A stretch of DNA of 64,000 bases from an uncultured Clostridium sp. (GTDB lineage Bacteria > Bacillota > Clostridia > Christensenellales > CAG-138). Shown here piece by piece: positions 30,104-39,538 of the stretch. The stretch's first letter is position 1, and every line of letters begins with the position of its first letter. Location of the stretch: positions 3,867 through 67,866 of the forward strand of contig CAZARN010000002.1 in the NCBI GenBank assembly GCA_964487565.1, given 5' to 3'. The notes below the pieces were generated by a model that saw only the letters and a list, made by a program, of their open reading frames with translations, searched no databases and was not told the origin of the DNA. A program made the translations under genes and the position numbers.

Positions 30104-31294
30104 TTACCTATTATGCCACGAATCGCCCAGCACTTCAACAGCCGCCGCAAAATGCTCAAGGTCATTCTTCAGCGCAGCCCTCGGCATTGCGATGTTCCAG
30201 CGCGTGAAGCCCTGCCCGCCCGCGCCGAACCAGTTGCCCGCAACGAGGGAAAGATTGGCTTTGTTCACGCAAAAATCTTTCATGCCGTCATCCGCGATCC
30301 CCAGCGCGCGCATGTCGAGCCACGCGAGATATGTGCCCTCCATTTCGGTAAGCTTCAGCATTGGCAGACGTTCTTCCATAAAATCGCGCATGAGCAGATA
30401 ATTGTCCGTGATATACCCGTTGACTTCGTCAAGCCATTCGTCGCACCCGTTGTGCGCGGCGATCGAAATGAAACGGGCGAAGTAGTTCATGCCGTATGCG
30501 TTGTTGATATCCTGCCTTTCAAGTATCTTCTTTCTGAGCTGCTCCTCGCGCACGAAAATATCCGAGCAGCTCAGCCCCGGCACATTGAAGCTTTTGCTCA
30601 CCGCCGTGCAAACGACGCAGTTGCCTTCGGCCGCGGGTATGTTGAGCATTGACGTATGCTTATACCCTCTCAGGATCAGATCCGAATGGATCTCGTCTGA
30701 AACGATGAATACGCCGTGCCTGCGGCATATCTCCGCAATACGGTTGAGTTCCTCAACCGTCCATACTCTGCCCACAGGATTGTGTGGGTTGCAGATGATG
30801 AACAGTTTAGCATCTTCGCGGCTGCAAAGGCGTTCCAGATCGTCGAAATCCACCTCATATCTTCCGTTTGTGAGCACGAGCGGATTATCGAGGAGCGTCC
30901 GTTTATTGCCATCCACGGTCTCGCCGAAAGGGCCGTATACCGGAGGCTGGATGATGATCCCGTCCCCGGGTTCGGTGAGCGTCTGCACGCAGAGCGCGAT
31001 GCCGCTGACCACGCCGTTGGTGATCACCGTCCAGTCGCGTTCGATCTCGCAATTATGCCGACGGCGCATGAAGTTTTTGAGTGCGTCATAGTATTCGTCG
31101 TCCGCGTCCGTATAACCGTATATGCCGCGTCTCGCCGCCTCGGCGGCAGCCGCGATGACCGCCGGCGGGCAGCGGAATTCCATGTCAGCCGTGGAAAGCG
31201 GAACGGTATGCGCCGCCTTGACGGCTTCCGCCCTGTGATCCCATTTCGCCGCGCCCGTACCGGTCCTGTCAACAAGTTCATCAAAATTGTACAT
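30104..31294 (-). CDS. patB: MalY/PatB family cystathionine beta-lyase (class I/II aminotransferase fold)
   Basis: MYNFDELVDRTGTGAAKWD N-terminus typical of PatB/MalY. SKSFN PLP-lysine motif. Confidence 0.85.
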   Translation of the reverse strand: MYNFDELVDRTGTGAAKWDHRAEAVKAAHTVPLSTADMEFRCPPAVIAAAAEAARRGIYGYTDADDEYYDALKNFMRRRHNCEIERDWTVITNGVVSGIALCVQTLTEPGDGIIIQPPVYGPFGETVDGNKRTLLDNPLVLTNGRYEVDFDDLERLCSREDAKLFIICNPHNPVGRVWTVEELNRIAEICRRHGVFIVSDEIHSDLILRGYKHTSMLNIPAAEGNCVVCTAVSKSFNVPGLSCSDIFVREEQLRKKILERQDINNAYGMNYFARFISIAAHNGCDEWLDEVNGYITDNYLLMRDFMEERLPMLKLTEMEGTYLAWLDMRALGIADDGMKDFCVNKANLSLVAGNWFGAGGQGFTRWNIAMPRAALKNDLEHFAAAVEVLGDSWHNR

Positions 31295-31358
31295 ATGCTA
31301 AACTCCTTTTGTCATAGAAGCTATTTTAACACAACAATACAAAAAAACAATAAGCGCA

Positions 31359-31387
31359 TTGCGGCCAGGGTTATATATTGTTATAAT
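31359..31387 (+). promoter_or_regulatory. sigma-A type promoter for the MFS transporter gene
   Basis: TTGCGG (31359-31364), a 17-nt spacer, then TATAAT (31382-31387) with a TG at -15/-14. Confidence 0.55.
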
Positions 31388-31420
31388 TAACACTGTTGGA
31401 ACAACACACGGAGGTTATAA

Positions 31421-32731
31421 ATGAAGCTAAACTACAAGCGCACATTTCTTGTCGGCCTCGCATTCTTCTCCATTTGCGCCTTCTGGCAGCTTTATGACGG
31501 GATCATCCCTCTCATACTGCGCGATACATACGGATTGGGCAATACCGAACGCGGCATCGTCATGGGTATGGACAACCTGCTGGCGCTCTTTTTACTGCCC
31601 GTTTTCGGCGCCATATCGGACAAGAAGGGCGCGAGAATGCCGTTTATCATCTGCGGCACGCTGCTCGCCGCAGTGCTGATGATGCTTCTGCCTGTGCTTG
31701 ACAACGCTTATGACGCCGCAAACCCGGGTCGCGCGCTGCTCATGTTCTTCATCGTACTCGGCGCGCTGCTCGTTTCAATGGGGCTTTACCGTTCGCCCGC
31801 GGTCGCGCTCATGGCTGACGTGACCCCCAAGCCGCTGCGCAGTCAGGGCAACGCGGTGATCAACCTCATGGGCGCCATAGGCGGCCTTTACACGCTCGTC
31901 ATGGTCAAGATTGCCGTGACGACCGACGCGGACGGAAAGGCAAATTACATATATCTTTTCCTTGCCGTCGCCGCGCTCATGCTCATAGCGGTCGCGGTGC
32001 TCATCGCAACTGTTCACGAGAAGAAGCTTGTCGCCGAAATGAAAGCCATCAACTACGGCGTGAGCGAGGAAGAGGATCAGGGCAAGGCAGAAGTTGTCAA
32101 CGGGCATGCAAAACTGCCGCGCGACGTGTTCAAGAGCCTGCTGCTCATCCTTACTTGTATCGGTCTCTGGTTCCTCGGCTACAACGCCGTGACGACATTT
32201 TTCACAAGCTACGCAACCTCAACGTGGTCGGGCGGGCTCAGTCACGCCTCAACATGTCTTATGGTGGCAACCGTCGCAGCCGTCGCCTCATATATCCCTA
32301 TCGGCATAATAAGCTCCAGGATCGGCCGCAAGAACATGATCCGCATCGGCCTTGTCGTGGCTGCCGCGGGCTTCGCCTTCGCAACGTTCTTCTCCGCCGA
32401 GTTCAGTTTTTATCTTTACATCGTGTTCGCCCTTGTCGGATTTGCCCAGGCGGCCGTCACCGTGAACACATTCCCGATGGTGTGGGAGATATCCCGCATA
32501 GGCAACGTCGGCAAATACACCGGCATTTACTACACGGTTTCAATGGCCGTGCAGACCGTCACGCCGACCTTTGCAGGCATATTTCTCGACAAATTCGGCA
32601 ACATGGCGCTCTTCCCCTACGGGTTCGTGTTCGTGTTGCTCGCAATATTGCCGATAAGCCTCGCAAAATACGGCGACAACAAGCCCAAGCCCCCGGCTTC
32701 CAAGCTTGAGGCGTTCGACGTGGATGACTGA
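31421..32731 (+). CDS. MFS transporter (GPH/SLC45-like)
   Basis: 436 aa, 12 predicted TM segments. GMDNLLALFLLPVFGAISDK loop motif. Confidence 0.8.
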   Translation: MKLNYKRTFLVGLAFFSICAFWQLYDGIIPLILRDTYGLGNTERGIVMGMDNLLALFLLPVFGAISDKKGARMPFIICGTLLAAVLMMLLPVLDNAYDAANPGRALLMFFIVLGALLVSMGLYRSPAVALMADVTPKPLRSQGNAVINLMGAIGGLYTLVMVKIAVTTDADGKANYIYLFLAVAALMLIAVAVLIATVHEKKLVAEMKAINYGVSEEEDQGKAEVVNGHAKLPRDVFKSLLLILTCIGLWFLGYNAVTTFFTSYATSTWSGGLSHASTCLMVATVAAVASYIPIGIISSRIGRKNMIRIGLVVAAAGFAFATFFSAEFSFYLYIVFALVGFAQAAVTVNTFPMVWEISRIGNVGKYTGIYYTVSMAVQTVTPTFAGIFLDKFGNMALFPYGFVFVLLAILPISLAKYGDNKPKPPASKLEAFDVDD

Positions 32732-32749
32732 CGGATATTGATATTGAAC

Positions 32750-32786
32750 TTGCGGGCGTTTGAACACGCCCGCAATTTTGTTTTTG
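32750..32786 (+). terminator. Intrinsic terminator of the MFS gene
   Basis: TTGCGGGCGT-ttgaac-ACGCCCGCAA followed by TTTTGTTTTT. Confidence 0.8.
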
Positions 32787-32853
32787 TTATGGCAAAATAA
32801 GTCGAGCGCATCTTTTGTGCGATTTGATAAGCTTCATGCCGGAGGACGAAAAG

Positions 32854-33741
32854 ATGAAAGAGCAGATACTGGCGGTCCAGCGCATGCAGGATTATATCGA
32901 GGCGCATATCGATGAAAATATAACCCTTGCCGCGCTCGCAAACGCCGCCGTGTTCTCACCGTGGCATTCTTACAGGCTTTTTCGCCGGCACACGGGGCTT
33001 ACTCCCGCTGAATATATACGCAGGCTCAGGCTTTCGCATTCCGCGATGAAGCTTCGGCATGAGGATTACAGCGTGACAAAGGCCGCGTTCGAGCTTGGCT
33101 ACGGCAGCGTGGACGGTTACCAGCGCGCATTTTTGAAGGAATTCGGCTGCAATCCCGGAGAATATGCGAAAAATCCCGTTCCGATCACGCTTTTCATCCC
33201 CTACGGAGTAAAATTCAGAGAATTTATGGAGGAAGAGAAAAGCATGGACAACATACAAAGCGTATTCATTCAGCTCGTTCGCAAACCGCAGCGCAAGGCC
33301 CTTATCAAAAGGGGCGTGAATGCCGTGGACTATTTTGAATACTGCGAGGAGGTCGGCTGCGACATATGGGGGCTTCTTGTGAGCATGGATTCGCTTTGCG
33401 GCGAACCGGTATGCCTGTATCTGCCTGAAGCATACAGAAAGCCCGGAACATCGTCATATGTTCAGGGTGTTGAAGCGCCATATGATTATTCCGGGCCTGT
33501 GCCCGCCGGTTTCGATATCATCGATCTGCCCGAAGCGGACTACCTCATGTTTCAAGGCGAGCCGTTCCCGGAGGAGGAGTACTGTGCGGCGATTGACGCC
33601 GTGCGCGCCGCGATGAAAAAATACGACCCGCGCGCGATAGGATACGAAGCAGACCCAACAAACCCGCGCATTCAGCTCGAACCGCGCGGAGAGCGCGGCT
33701 ATATCGAGCTGACGCCCGTAAAACCGCTGTGCCTCAAATAA
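32854..33741 (+). CDS. AraC family transcriptional regulator with GyrI-like effector-binding domain
   Basis: Start at ATG 32854 (MKEQILAVQRMQDYIEAHIDENITLAALA), after GGAGGA. AraC HTH (SPWHSYRLFRRHTGLTPAEYIRRLRL) plus a C-terminal GyrI-like half. Confidence 0.85.
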   Translation: MKEQILAVQRMQDYIEAHIDENITLAALANAAVFSPWHSYRLFRRHTGLTPAEYIRRLRLSHSAMKLRHEDYSVTKAAFELGYGSVDGYQRAFLKEFGCNPGEYAKNPVPITLFIPYGVKFREFMEEEKSMDNIQSVFIQLVRKPQRKALIKRGVNAVDYFEYCEEVGCDIWGLLVSMDSLCGEPVCLYLPEAYRKPGTSSYVQGVEAPYDYSGPVPAGFDIIDLPEADYLMFQGEPFPEEEYCAAIDAVRAAMKKYDPRAIGYEADPTNPRIQLEPRGERGYIELTPVKPLCLK

Positions 33742-33827
33742 AAAACGCGCGTCGTCCGCCGTATCAGACAGGACGCCGCGCATAAACCGAACCGTCAGGC
33801 CGCCCGCTTCGCAGGAAGGCCGAACTA

Positions 33828-34820
33828 TCATTCTTTACGGGCTTCGCGATCCTTGCGGAGCCTTTGTTCTATATCGCTTTTTATCACGCTGCGCTCCTCG
33901 GCTATCTTCTCGCCCAGCATGGCAAGCGGCGGCTTTCGCTCCCTTGTGTTCTCCATTCCCCAGAAGAACACCGCGATCGTTCCCGGGCCGACATGCGCGC
34001 CCGTGCCCGGCTCATAACAGACGGTGATTATGTTTTCGATGCCGTATTTTTCGCGCATCACATCCGCAAATTCGGCCGCATCCGCGGCACAGCCTCCGTG
34101 CGCTATGCCGGCAAGTCCCTTATACGGTCTGACAATATCATATTTGCCCATCGCTTCGGCAAGCTGGCGCAGCGCTTTCTTTCGCCCGAGCGCCTTCCCC
34201 TCAAGCACGATGCGGCCCTCGTCATCTCCCTTGAGGATGGGACGAAGGTTGATTATCGAACCCAAAAGCGCAGCCGCTCCGCTTATCCTGCCGCCCTTTT
34301 TCAGATAGAGCAGATCGTCCACCATGAAGAGCTGCTTCATCCGCAGCCTTGCCTCGTTAAGCTCCGCGGCAGCCGCCGCTGCATCCGCGCCGTTATCCCG
34401 CATATCGGCGGCAGCGATCACCATTATCCCCTCGCCGAGCGAAGCCGCAAGCGTGTCGACCGTTTCAACCGCTCTTTCAGGGTATTTTACGCGAAGCTCC
34501 TGCGCGGCGCGTTGTGCCGCGTGATATGTTCCGCTTATCCCACTCGACATGCCGACATACAGCACGTCCTCGCCGCGAACAAGATACTGCTCGAACGCTT
34601 CCGTAAATGTATGCTCGTTTATCATTGAAGTTTGTATTTTCACATCCGGATTGTTCCGCATCATATCATAGAACGCATCCGTATCAACGGGTGCTTGGAC
34701 GTCATAGCAGAGCATTTCGCGCCCGTCCACGGATACGATCAGCGGTATCACGCCTATTTGCCTTGAGGACACGATCTCCTGCGGCAGATTTGCCGATGAA
34801 TCAGTCAGCAGCTTAAACAA
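33828..34820 (-). CDS. DegV family (fatty-acid-binding) protein with a charged C-terminal extension
   Basis: TTG start (MFKLLTDSSANLPQEIV), after GAAGGAAAC. DegV architecture. The last ~45 aa are a K/R/E-rich tail. Confidence 0.85.
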   Translation of the reverse strand: MFKLLTDSSANLPQEIVSSRQIGVIPLIVSVDGREMLCYDVQAPVDTDAFYDMMRNNPDVKIQTSMINEHTFTEAFEQYLVRGEDVLYVGMSSGISGTYHAAQRAAQELRVKYPERAVETVDTLAASLGEGIMVIAAADMRDNGADAAAAAAELNEARLRMKQLFMVDDLLYLKKGGRISGAAALLGSIINLRPILKGDDEGRIVLEGKALGRKKALRQLAEAMGKYDIVRPYKGLAGIAHGGCAADAAEFADVMREKYGIENIITVCYEPGTGAHVGPGTIAVFFWGMENTRERKPPLAMLGEKIAEERSVIKSDIEQRLRKDREARKE

Positions 34821-34976
34821 AATGTTTCCTTCTCTCTGTTATCTGGTATTGCGTACCATTTTATATGTTGACTTTTACCAAGTAAAGCGTTTCGGTAAAG
34901 AATCACACTTTGTTCACATGACATACGGACACCAACGATCAGATATCATCAATAGAAATTATTTTGTGCAAAGGGG

Positions 34977-35005
34977 TTGAAAAACTCATCCGCGTGTTGT
35001 ACAAT
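34977..35005 (+). promoter_or_regulatory. sigma-A type promoter for tRNA-Asn
   Basis: TTGAAA (34977-34982), a 17-nt spacer, then TACAAT (35000-35005), 14 nt before the tRNA 5' end. Confidence 0.7.
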
Positions 35006-35019
35006 ATCCATCGTTCCGT

Positions 35020-35095
35020 TCCTCCTTAGCTCAGTCGGTAGAGCATGCGGCTGTTAACCGCAGTGTCGTTGGTTCGAGTCCAACAGGGGGAGCCA
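35020..35095 (+). tRNA. tRNA-Asn (anticodon GTT), CCA encoded
   Basis: Hand-folded cloverleaf. Acceptor TCCTCCT/AGGGGGA (one G-U pair). D arm GCTC-AGTCGGTA-GAGC. Anticodon arm TGCGG-CTGTTAA-CCGCA. T arm GTTGG-TTCGAGT-CCAAC. Discriminator G followed by CCA. Confidence 0.95.
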
Positions 35096-35204
35096 AAGAA
35101 AAAGCATCATCCGCAAGGATGGTGCTTTTGCTTTATCCCTCACTGCGGATAGAACGCGAGCGGCAGCGAGCGGTGAGACTGCGCCCGAAGGCGCGTGCAA
35201 AGCG

Positions 35205-35259
35205 CCCCCGCGAAGCGGTGTAGGCGCGCAGCAGTCCAACAGGGGGAGCCAAAGAAAAG
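35205..35259 (+). repeat. Second copy of the tRNA-Asn 3' end (att-like scar), with its own terminator hairpin
   Basis: 35233-35258 is identical over 26 nt to 35077-35102 (AGTCCAACAGGGGGAGCCAAAGAAAA). The preceding ~28 nt (CCCCCGCGAAGCGGTGTAGGCGCGCAGC) recur before copy 3. Followed by the hairpin AGCTAGAT-tac-ATCTAGCT and a T-run. Confidence 0.85.
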
Positions 35260-35323
35260 CTAGATTACATCTAGCTTTTTTCTTTGTCCGAAATAGGTAA
35301 ATCGCATTACAAAAACCCGTTCC

Positions 35324-35373
35324 GGCAACTTTTTGGCAACTTATTTTTATTTTTCCGGCAACTTCGGCAACTT
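35324..35373 (+). repeat. Four direct GGCAACTT repeats in an AT-rich spacer
   Basis: GGCAACTT at 35324, 35335, 35357 and 35366 (ccGGCAACTTtttGGCAACTTatttttatttttccGGCAACTTcGGCAACTTtg). Confidence 0.85.
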
Positions 35374-35398
35374 TGATATGCCCAAAAAACAATTTAAG

Positions 35399-35455
35399 CC
35401 CCCCGCGAAGCGGTGTTGGCGCGGAGCGGTCCAACAGGTGAAGCCAAAGCAAAAG
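35399..35455 (+). repeat. Third, degenerate copy of the tRNA-Asn 3' end (att-like scar), with its own terminator hairpin
   Basis: GGTCCAACAGGTGAAGCCAAAGCAAAAG (35428-35455) differs from the tRNA 3' end at 4 positions. Its left flank CCCCCCGCGAAGCGGTGTTGGCGCGGAGCGG matches the copy 2 flank. Followed by AGCCGGA-cctcg-TCCGGCT. Confidence 0.8.
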
Positions 35456-35522
35456 CCGGACCTCGTCCGGCTTTATTCACAAAATCGATCGGCCGCATTC
35501 TTCGTCTGACGCGCAAGTACGT

Positions 35523-36062
35523 TCAGACGTTCCTGCCCATTTCAAATGCTTTTTCCCTTGCAAAGGCGTCCGTCAGCGCTTCGCCCGCGTCCGTAAGGCC
35601 CACTCCGCGCACCACGCCGCAAAGCTTCGCCTTCTCAAAGCAGCTAATCCACCCCTCGATGCCTGTCTTGGTTCCGTCAACCGCCCGTTCGTCCGCATCC
35701 GCCGCGGTTGCGATCAGATAAACCTCCCTGAAACGGTAATCGGACGGGAACAACGGATTAAGACGGTCAAGCAGCGTCTTCATCTGCCCGCTCATGCCGT
35801 AATAATACACCGGCGTTGCAAACACGAGCACATCCGCGTCTTTGACCTTCTGCGCAATAACCCGCGCATCGTCGTTTATGACGCATTTTTGCGTTTTCTG
35901 ACAGGAAAGGCAGCCCGTGCAAAAGCCTATCTTCTTTCCCGCAAGCGAGATCCTTTCCGTTTCGTTGCCCGCGTTCTTCGCGCCGCGTTCGAATTCTTCG
36001 GCAAGACAGGCTGAATTGCTGCCATTTCTCAGGCTTGTTGTGATTATCAGCACCTTTTTCAT
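35523..36062 (-). CDS. Flavodoxin-like NAD(P)H-dependent FMN reductase / iron-sulfur flavoprotein family
   Basis: MKKVLIITTSLRNGSNS N-terminus, a CTGCLSCQKTQKC cysteine cluster and a PVYYYGMSGQMK motif. Confidence 0.78.
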   Translation of the reverse strand: MKKVLIITTSLRNGSNSACLAEEFERGAKNAGNETERISLAGKKIGFCTGCLSCQKTQKCVINDDARVIAQKVKDADVLVFATPVYYYGMSGQMKTLLDRLNPLFPSDYRFREVYLIATAADADERAVDGTKTGIEGWISCFEKAKLCGVVRGVGLTDAGEALTDAFAREKAFEMGRNV

Positions 36063-36074
36063 TTTTCGCGCTCC

Positions 36075-37298
36075 TTATTTTTTCAATACCGATTTTGTGC
36101 TTTCGGCAAGCTCCTCTTTCGCCCTTTGGATAAGCGACGCATCGCATACCAGCGCCGACGCCATACCCGTCATCACGTTGATGATTTTCTTGAGCGCGTC
36201 CATCGCATACGGGCCGTCCACAAGCGACAGCGCGCTTTCCTCATGAACCATCACGGGGCTTTCGGAGTCGAGCGCCACCTCGATATACATTGTCGGGCAC
36301 ACATGGCTCACGTTGCCTATATCCGTGGAGCCTGCAAGCTCAAGCGCTTCCTCCGGGCGCACCATGTTGCGCATGCCTTCCTTCAAAAGTTCTTCCTCCG
36401 CAAGCGTCTGAAGCACCGGCAGGTTCACAAGGTTATCCATCGGAAGCTCAGGAAACTCCGTTTCATACTGTGTGCCCGTCATAAGTGCAGCGCCCTTTAT
36501 TATGTCATAAACCTTGTTGAGCACCACGTCAAGATATTCCCGCGTCGACGAGCGCACATAAAACAGGCACTGCGCGCGCGCGGGCACAATGTTTGCCGCC
36601 TCCCCGCCTTCGGTAACAATACCGTGCATGCGGATGTTCGGGCGCACATGCTGGCGCAAAGCGTTGACGCCGGCAAAGAAAAGCTGCACCGCGTCGAGCG
36701 CGTTTATCCCGTCCCATGGCGATGTGGCGGAATGTGAAGCGCGGCCGCGGAACGTTATGAGCAGCGCGTTCATCGCCAGAGCGGCGCAGTTTATACTCGT
36801 TTTTTCCGCAAGATGCGGTTGAATGACTACGTCTATATCATCAAAGGCGTGTTCCTCCACCATCTTCACCTTGCAGCACACGGTCTCCTCCGCAGGCGTT
36901 CCAATAAGTACGACCTTCGCCTTCACGCCCGTCTCGCATAAGGCCTGCGCAAACGCTGCCGCGGCGCCCGCGCATGCTGCGGCGATCCAGTTATGCCCGC
37001 AGGCGTGGCCGTTGCGTTTATCCTCAAAAAAGCCCGGCAGCGCGTCATACTCCGCAAGAAAAGCGATTGTGGGGCCGCCGTCTCCGAAGCTTGCGCGAAA
37101 TGCGGTGTCATACCCGCAATACGGCGCGATCACATCAAACCCCTGCTCCCTTATGAACTCGATGAGACAGCGGGAGCTTTCGTATTCCTCAAGGCCAAGC
37201 TCCGGATGAGAAAAGATAAAGTGGCTTATCCCCTCGATCTGACAGGCAAGGCGGCGCTGCGCCTCGCGCGCCGACGAATGCAACGTTTCTCTTTCCAT
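36075..37298 (-). CDS. M20 family amidohydrolase/peptidase (AbgB-like)
   Basis: HACGHN metal-binding motif, GTPAEE, and M20D-like length (407 aa). Confidence 0.8.
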   Translation of the reverse strand: MERETLHSSAREAQRRLACQIEGISHFIFSHPELGLEEYESSRCLIEFIREQGFDVIAPYCGYDTAFRASFGDGGPTIAFLAEYDALPGFFEDKRNGHACGHNWIAAACAGAAAAFAQALCETGVKAKVVLIGTPAEETVCCKVKMVEEHAFDDIDVVIQPHLAEKTSINCAALAMNALLITFRGRASHSATSPWDGINALDAVQLFFAGVNALRQHVRPNIRMHGIVTEGGEAANIVPARAQCLFYVRSSTREYLDVVLNKVYDIIKGAALMTGTQYETEFPELPMDNLVNLPVLQTLAEEELLKEGMRNMVRPEEALELAGSTDIGNVSHVCPTMYIEVALDSESPVMVHEESALSLVDGPYAMDALKKIINVMTGMASALVCDASLIQRAKEELAESTKSVLKK

Positions 37299-37542
37299 GG
37301 CGTCCTCCTCTTTGTGTTCTTTATATAATAATTATACACGCTTTTCAGCGCAATGAAATACGGATACTCATAAATACGCGGTTGGCGGATCCATGGTAAA
37401 CAAATTTGTGCCGACAGATGGGGATAATACTTGAAATAGCTCACGATTTGATGTATTATTATATAAAATTTTCATCAAAGCATTGCCGTATCATATAATA
37501 TCATATACTATTTCGCTTCACACGGGAAAGGACAGCAATTCA

Positions 37543-38187
37543 ATGAACATCAGCACAAAGGGCATACCCAAAAAGGGTCTTCCCAAAGGATTTGTTTATA
37601 TTGACGATTTGATAGAGGACTGTATTGTCGACGCAAAATATGCAGGCACGGATAATTTTATGGGCAGACCCGCCTGCGGGTACAACCAGCCGCTTGCCGT
37701 GGTTTGCGACGAAGCCGCCGAAAGGCTCGTTCCCGCGGCGGAAACGTTTAGGCGCAAGGGCCTTGTGATGAAGTTCTTTGACTGTTACCGCCCGCAGCGG
37801 GCGGTCGACGACTTCATGCGCTGGGGCGTGGACATTGCGGATGATCGCATGAAGCCCATCCATTATCCGAACGTTGAAAAGTCGGATATGTTCGAGCTTG
37901 GCTATATCGCCAGAAAATCCGGGCATACGCGCTCGTGCGCCGTGGATCTTACGCTTGTGGATACGACGACATGGCAGGAGCTTGACATGGGTTCCATTTT
38001 TGATTTCATGGACGCGCGCTCTCATCACGGGGCTGCGGGACTGACTGCGCTTGAGCAGCATAACAGGGAGCTGCTGCGCGACACGATGCTCGCCAACAGA
38101 TTCCGCCTTTACAGTGAGGAATGGTGGCACTATATCGTCGATCCGGAACCGTATCCCGATACTTATTTTGATTTTCCCATAGAGTAA
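37543..38187 (+). CDS. ddpX: D-alanyl-D-alanine dipeptidase (M15D, VanX/DdpX family)
   Basis: Start at ATG 37543 (MNISTKG). YRPQRAV, SGHTRSCAVDLTL (SxHxxGxAxD) and EEWWHY motifs of VanX-type dipeptidases. No vanH/vanA nearby. Confidence 0.85.
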   Translation: MNISTKGIPKKGLPKGFVYIDDLIEDCIVDAKYAGTDNFMGRPACGYNQPLAVVCDEAAERLVPAAETFRRKGLVMKFFDCYRPQRAVDDFMRWGVDIADDRMKPIHYPNVEKSDMFELGYIARKSGHTRSCAVDLTLVDTTTWQELDMGSIFDFMDARSHHGAAGLTALEQHNRELLRDTMLANRFRLYSEEWWHYIVDPEPYPDTYFDFPIE

Positions 38188-38281
38188 AACCAAACCGCAG
38201 GAAGAATAACCGGTTTCGCTCTGACGCGACACAATCGCGCCGGAGCGCGAAATCATCATTATACAATAAGGAGGTATCTTC

Positions 38282-39517
38282 ATGTTCCCAAATGGCACTC
38301 TTTTCACGGCGGACCAGACATGGCCGCTGCTCGCGCTCATGTGCGGGTGGGTCGCGTTCTCCATCTGGTTAGAGCAGAAGTATAAGTGGGCTTCCAAGAT
38401 TTCAGGCGCCATCATAGCGCTTATCGGCGCGCTGTTGATGGTCAACCTCAAGATCGTCCCCGCAAACGCGCCTGTGTTCGACGATTTTGTATGGGGGATC
38501 GCCGTCCCTCTCGCGATACCGATGCTCCTCATGCAGTGCAACCTGAAAAAGATGTGGCGCGATACGGGACGATTACTGGGCATTTTCCTGATCGGCTCCG
38601 TAGGCACCATGGTTGGAGCTGTGGTCGCGTTCCTGATCCTCAGGGGTACCAATCTTGAAAATCTTTCAGCATCCGCGGCGACAATGACCGGTTCCTACAT
38701 CGGCGGCGGTGTGAACTTTGCGGCTCTTGCGGCCGATCTCATGGCCGGCTCGGACACGATTGGATCCCTCACTGTTGCGGATAACCTTCTTATGGCGCTG
38801 TACTTCTTCGTACTGCTCGCCATCCCCGGATGGAAGTTTTTCTACAATAAGTATAAGCATCCCCACATGGATGAGGTGCAGGCCGGCTTGAACGACCAGA
38901 CGCTTGAGGCGGAGAAGACCCGCGCGGCCGCATTCTGGGGCCGCAAGGAGATTTCACTCAAGGATATCGCCATGAATGTTGCCATCTCCGCGGTGATCGT
39001 CATGCTTTCCAAGCTCATAGCCGGCTGGATCGGTTCCATAATCCCCACCGGCAATTTCATTCTGAATCTTCTTAACAGTCTCCTCGGCAGCCAGTATATC
39101 TGGATCACCACGATAGCCCTGCTTGTCGCAACCTTCGGCAGCAAACATGTTTCCAAGGTCGCCGGCTCGCAGGAGATCGGAACATATCTCATTTATCTGT
39201 TCTTCTTCGTGATCGGCGTTCCCGCTTCCATAAGCGCGCTGATTCAGGAAGCGCCCCTGCTCCTCGTGCTCACCTTTGTGATGGTGCTCATCAATATGCT
39301 CTTCTGCTTCGCGTTCGGCAAGCTTCTGCATTTTGACCTTGAGGAGATAATCCTTGCGTCCAACGCGAATATCGGCGGACCTACAACCGCCGCCGCAATG
39401 GCTATTTCGCAGGGCTGGGTAAAGCTGATAGGGCCTTGCATGCTCATCGGCACATTTGGTTATGCAATAGGTACCTATCTGGGCCATATTGTGTACAGCA
39501 TTTTGCAGATCATGTAA
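38282..39517 (+). CDS. DUF819 family integral membrane protein
   Basis: 411-aa polytopic membrane protein. N-terminus (WPLLALMCGWVAFSIWLEQKYKWASKISGAIIALIGALLMVNLKIVP) and a C-terminal SNANIGGPTTAAAMA motif typical of DUF819. Confidence 0.7.
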   Translation: MFPNGTLFTADQTWPLLALMCGWVAFSIWLEQKYKWASKISGAIIALIGALLMVNLKIVPANAPVFDDFVWGIAVPLAIPMLLMQCNLKKMWRDTGRLLGIFLIGSVGTMVGAVVAFLILRGTNLENLSASAATMTGSYIGGGVNFAALAADLMAGSDTIGSLTVADNLLMALYFFVLLAIPGWKFFYNKYKHPHMDEVQAGLNDQTLEAEKTRAAAFWGRKEISLKDIAMNVAISAVIVMLSKLIAGWIGSIIPTGNFILNLLNSLLGSQYIWITTIALLVATFGSKHVSKVAGSQEIGTYLIYLFFFVIGVPASISALIQEAPLLLVLTFVMVLINMLFCFAFGKLLHFDLEEIILASNANIGGPTTAAAMAISQGWVKLIGPCMLIGTFGYAIGTYLGHIVYSILQIM

Positions 39518-39538
39518 AGGATCGTTCCCGCATTCTCC

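Noticed and set aside
35054-35452. 132-aa minus-strand ORF with internal repeats (LWLPLLD..APTPLRGG x3)
   Set aside because: The peptide repeats merely reflect translation through the tRNA gene and its duplicated 3'-end copies. The ORF overlaps a bona fide tRNA.
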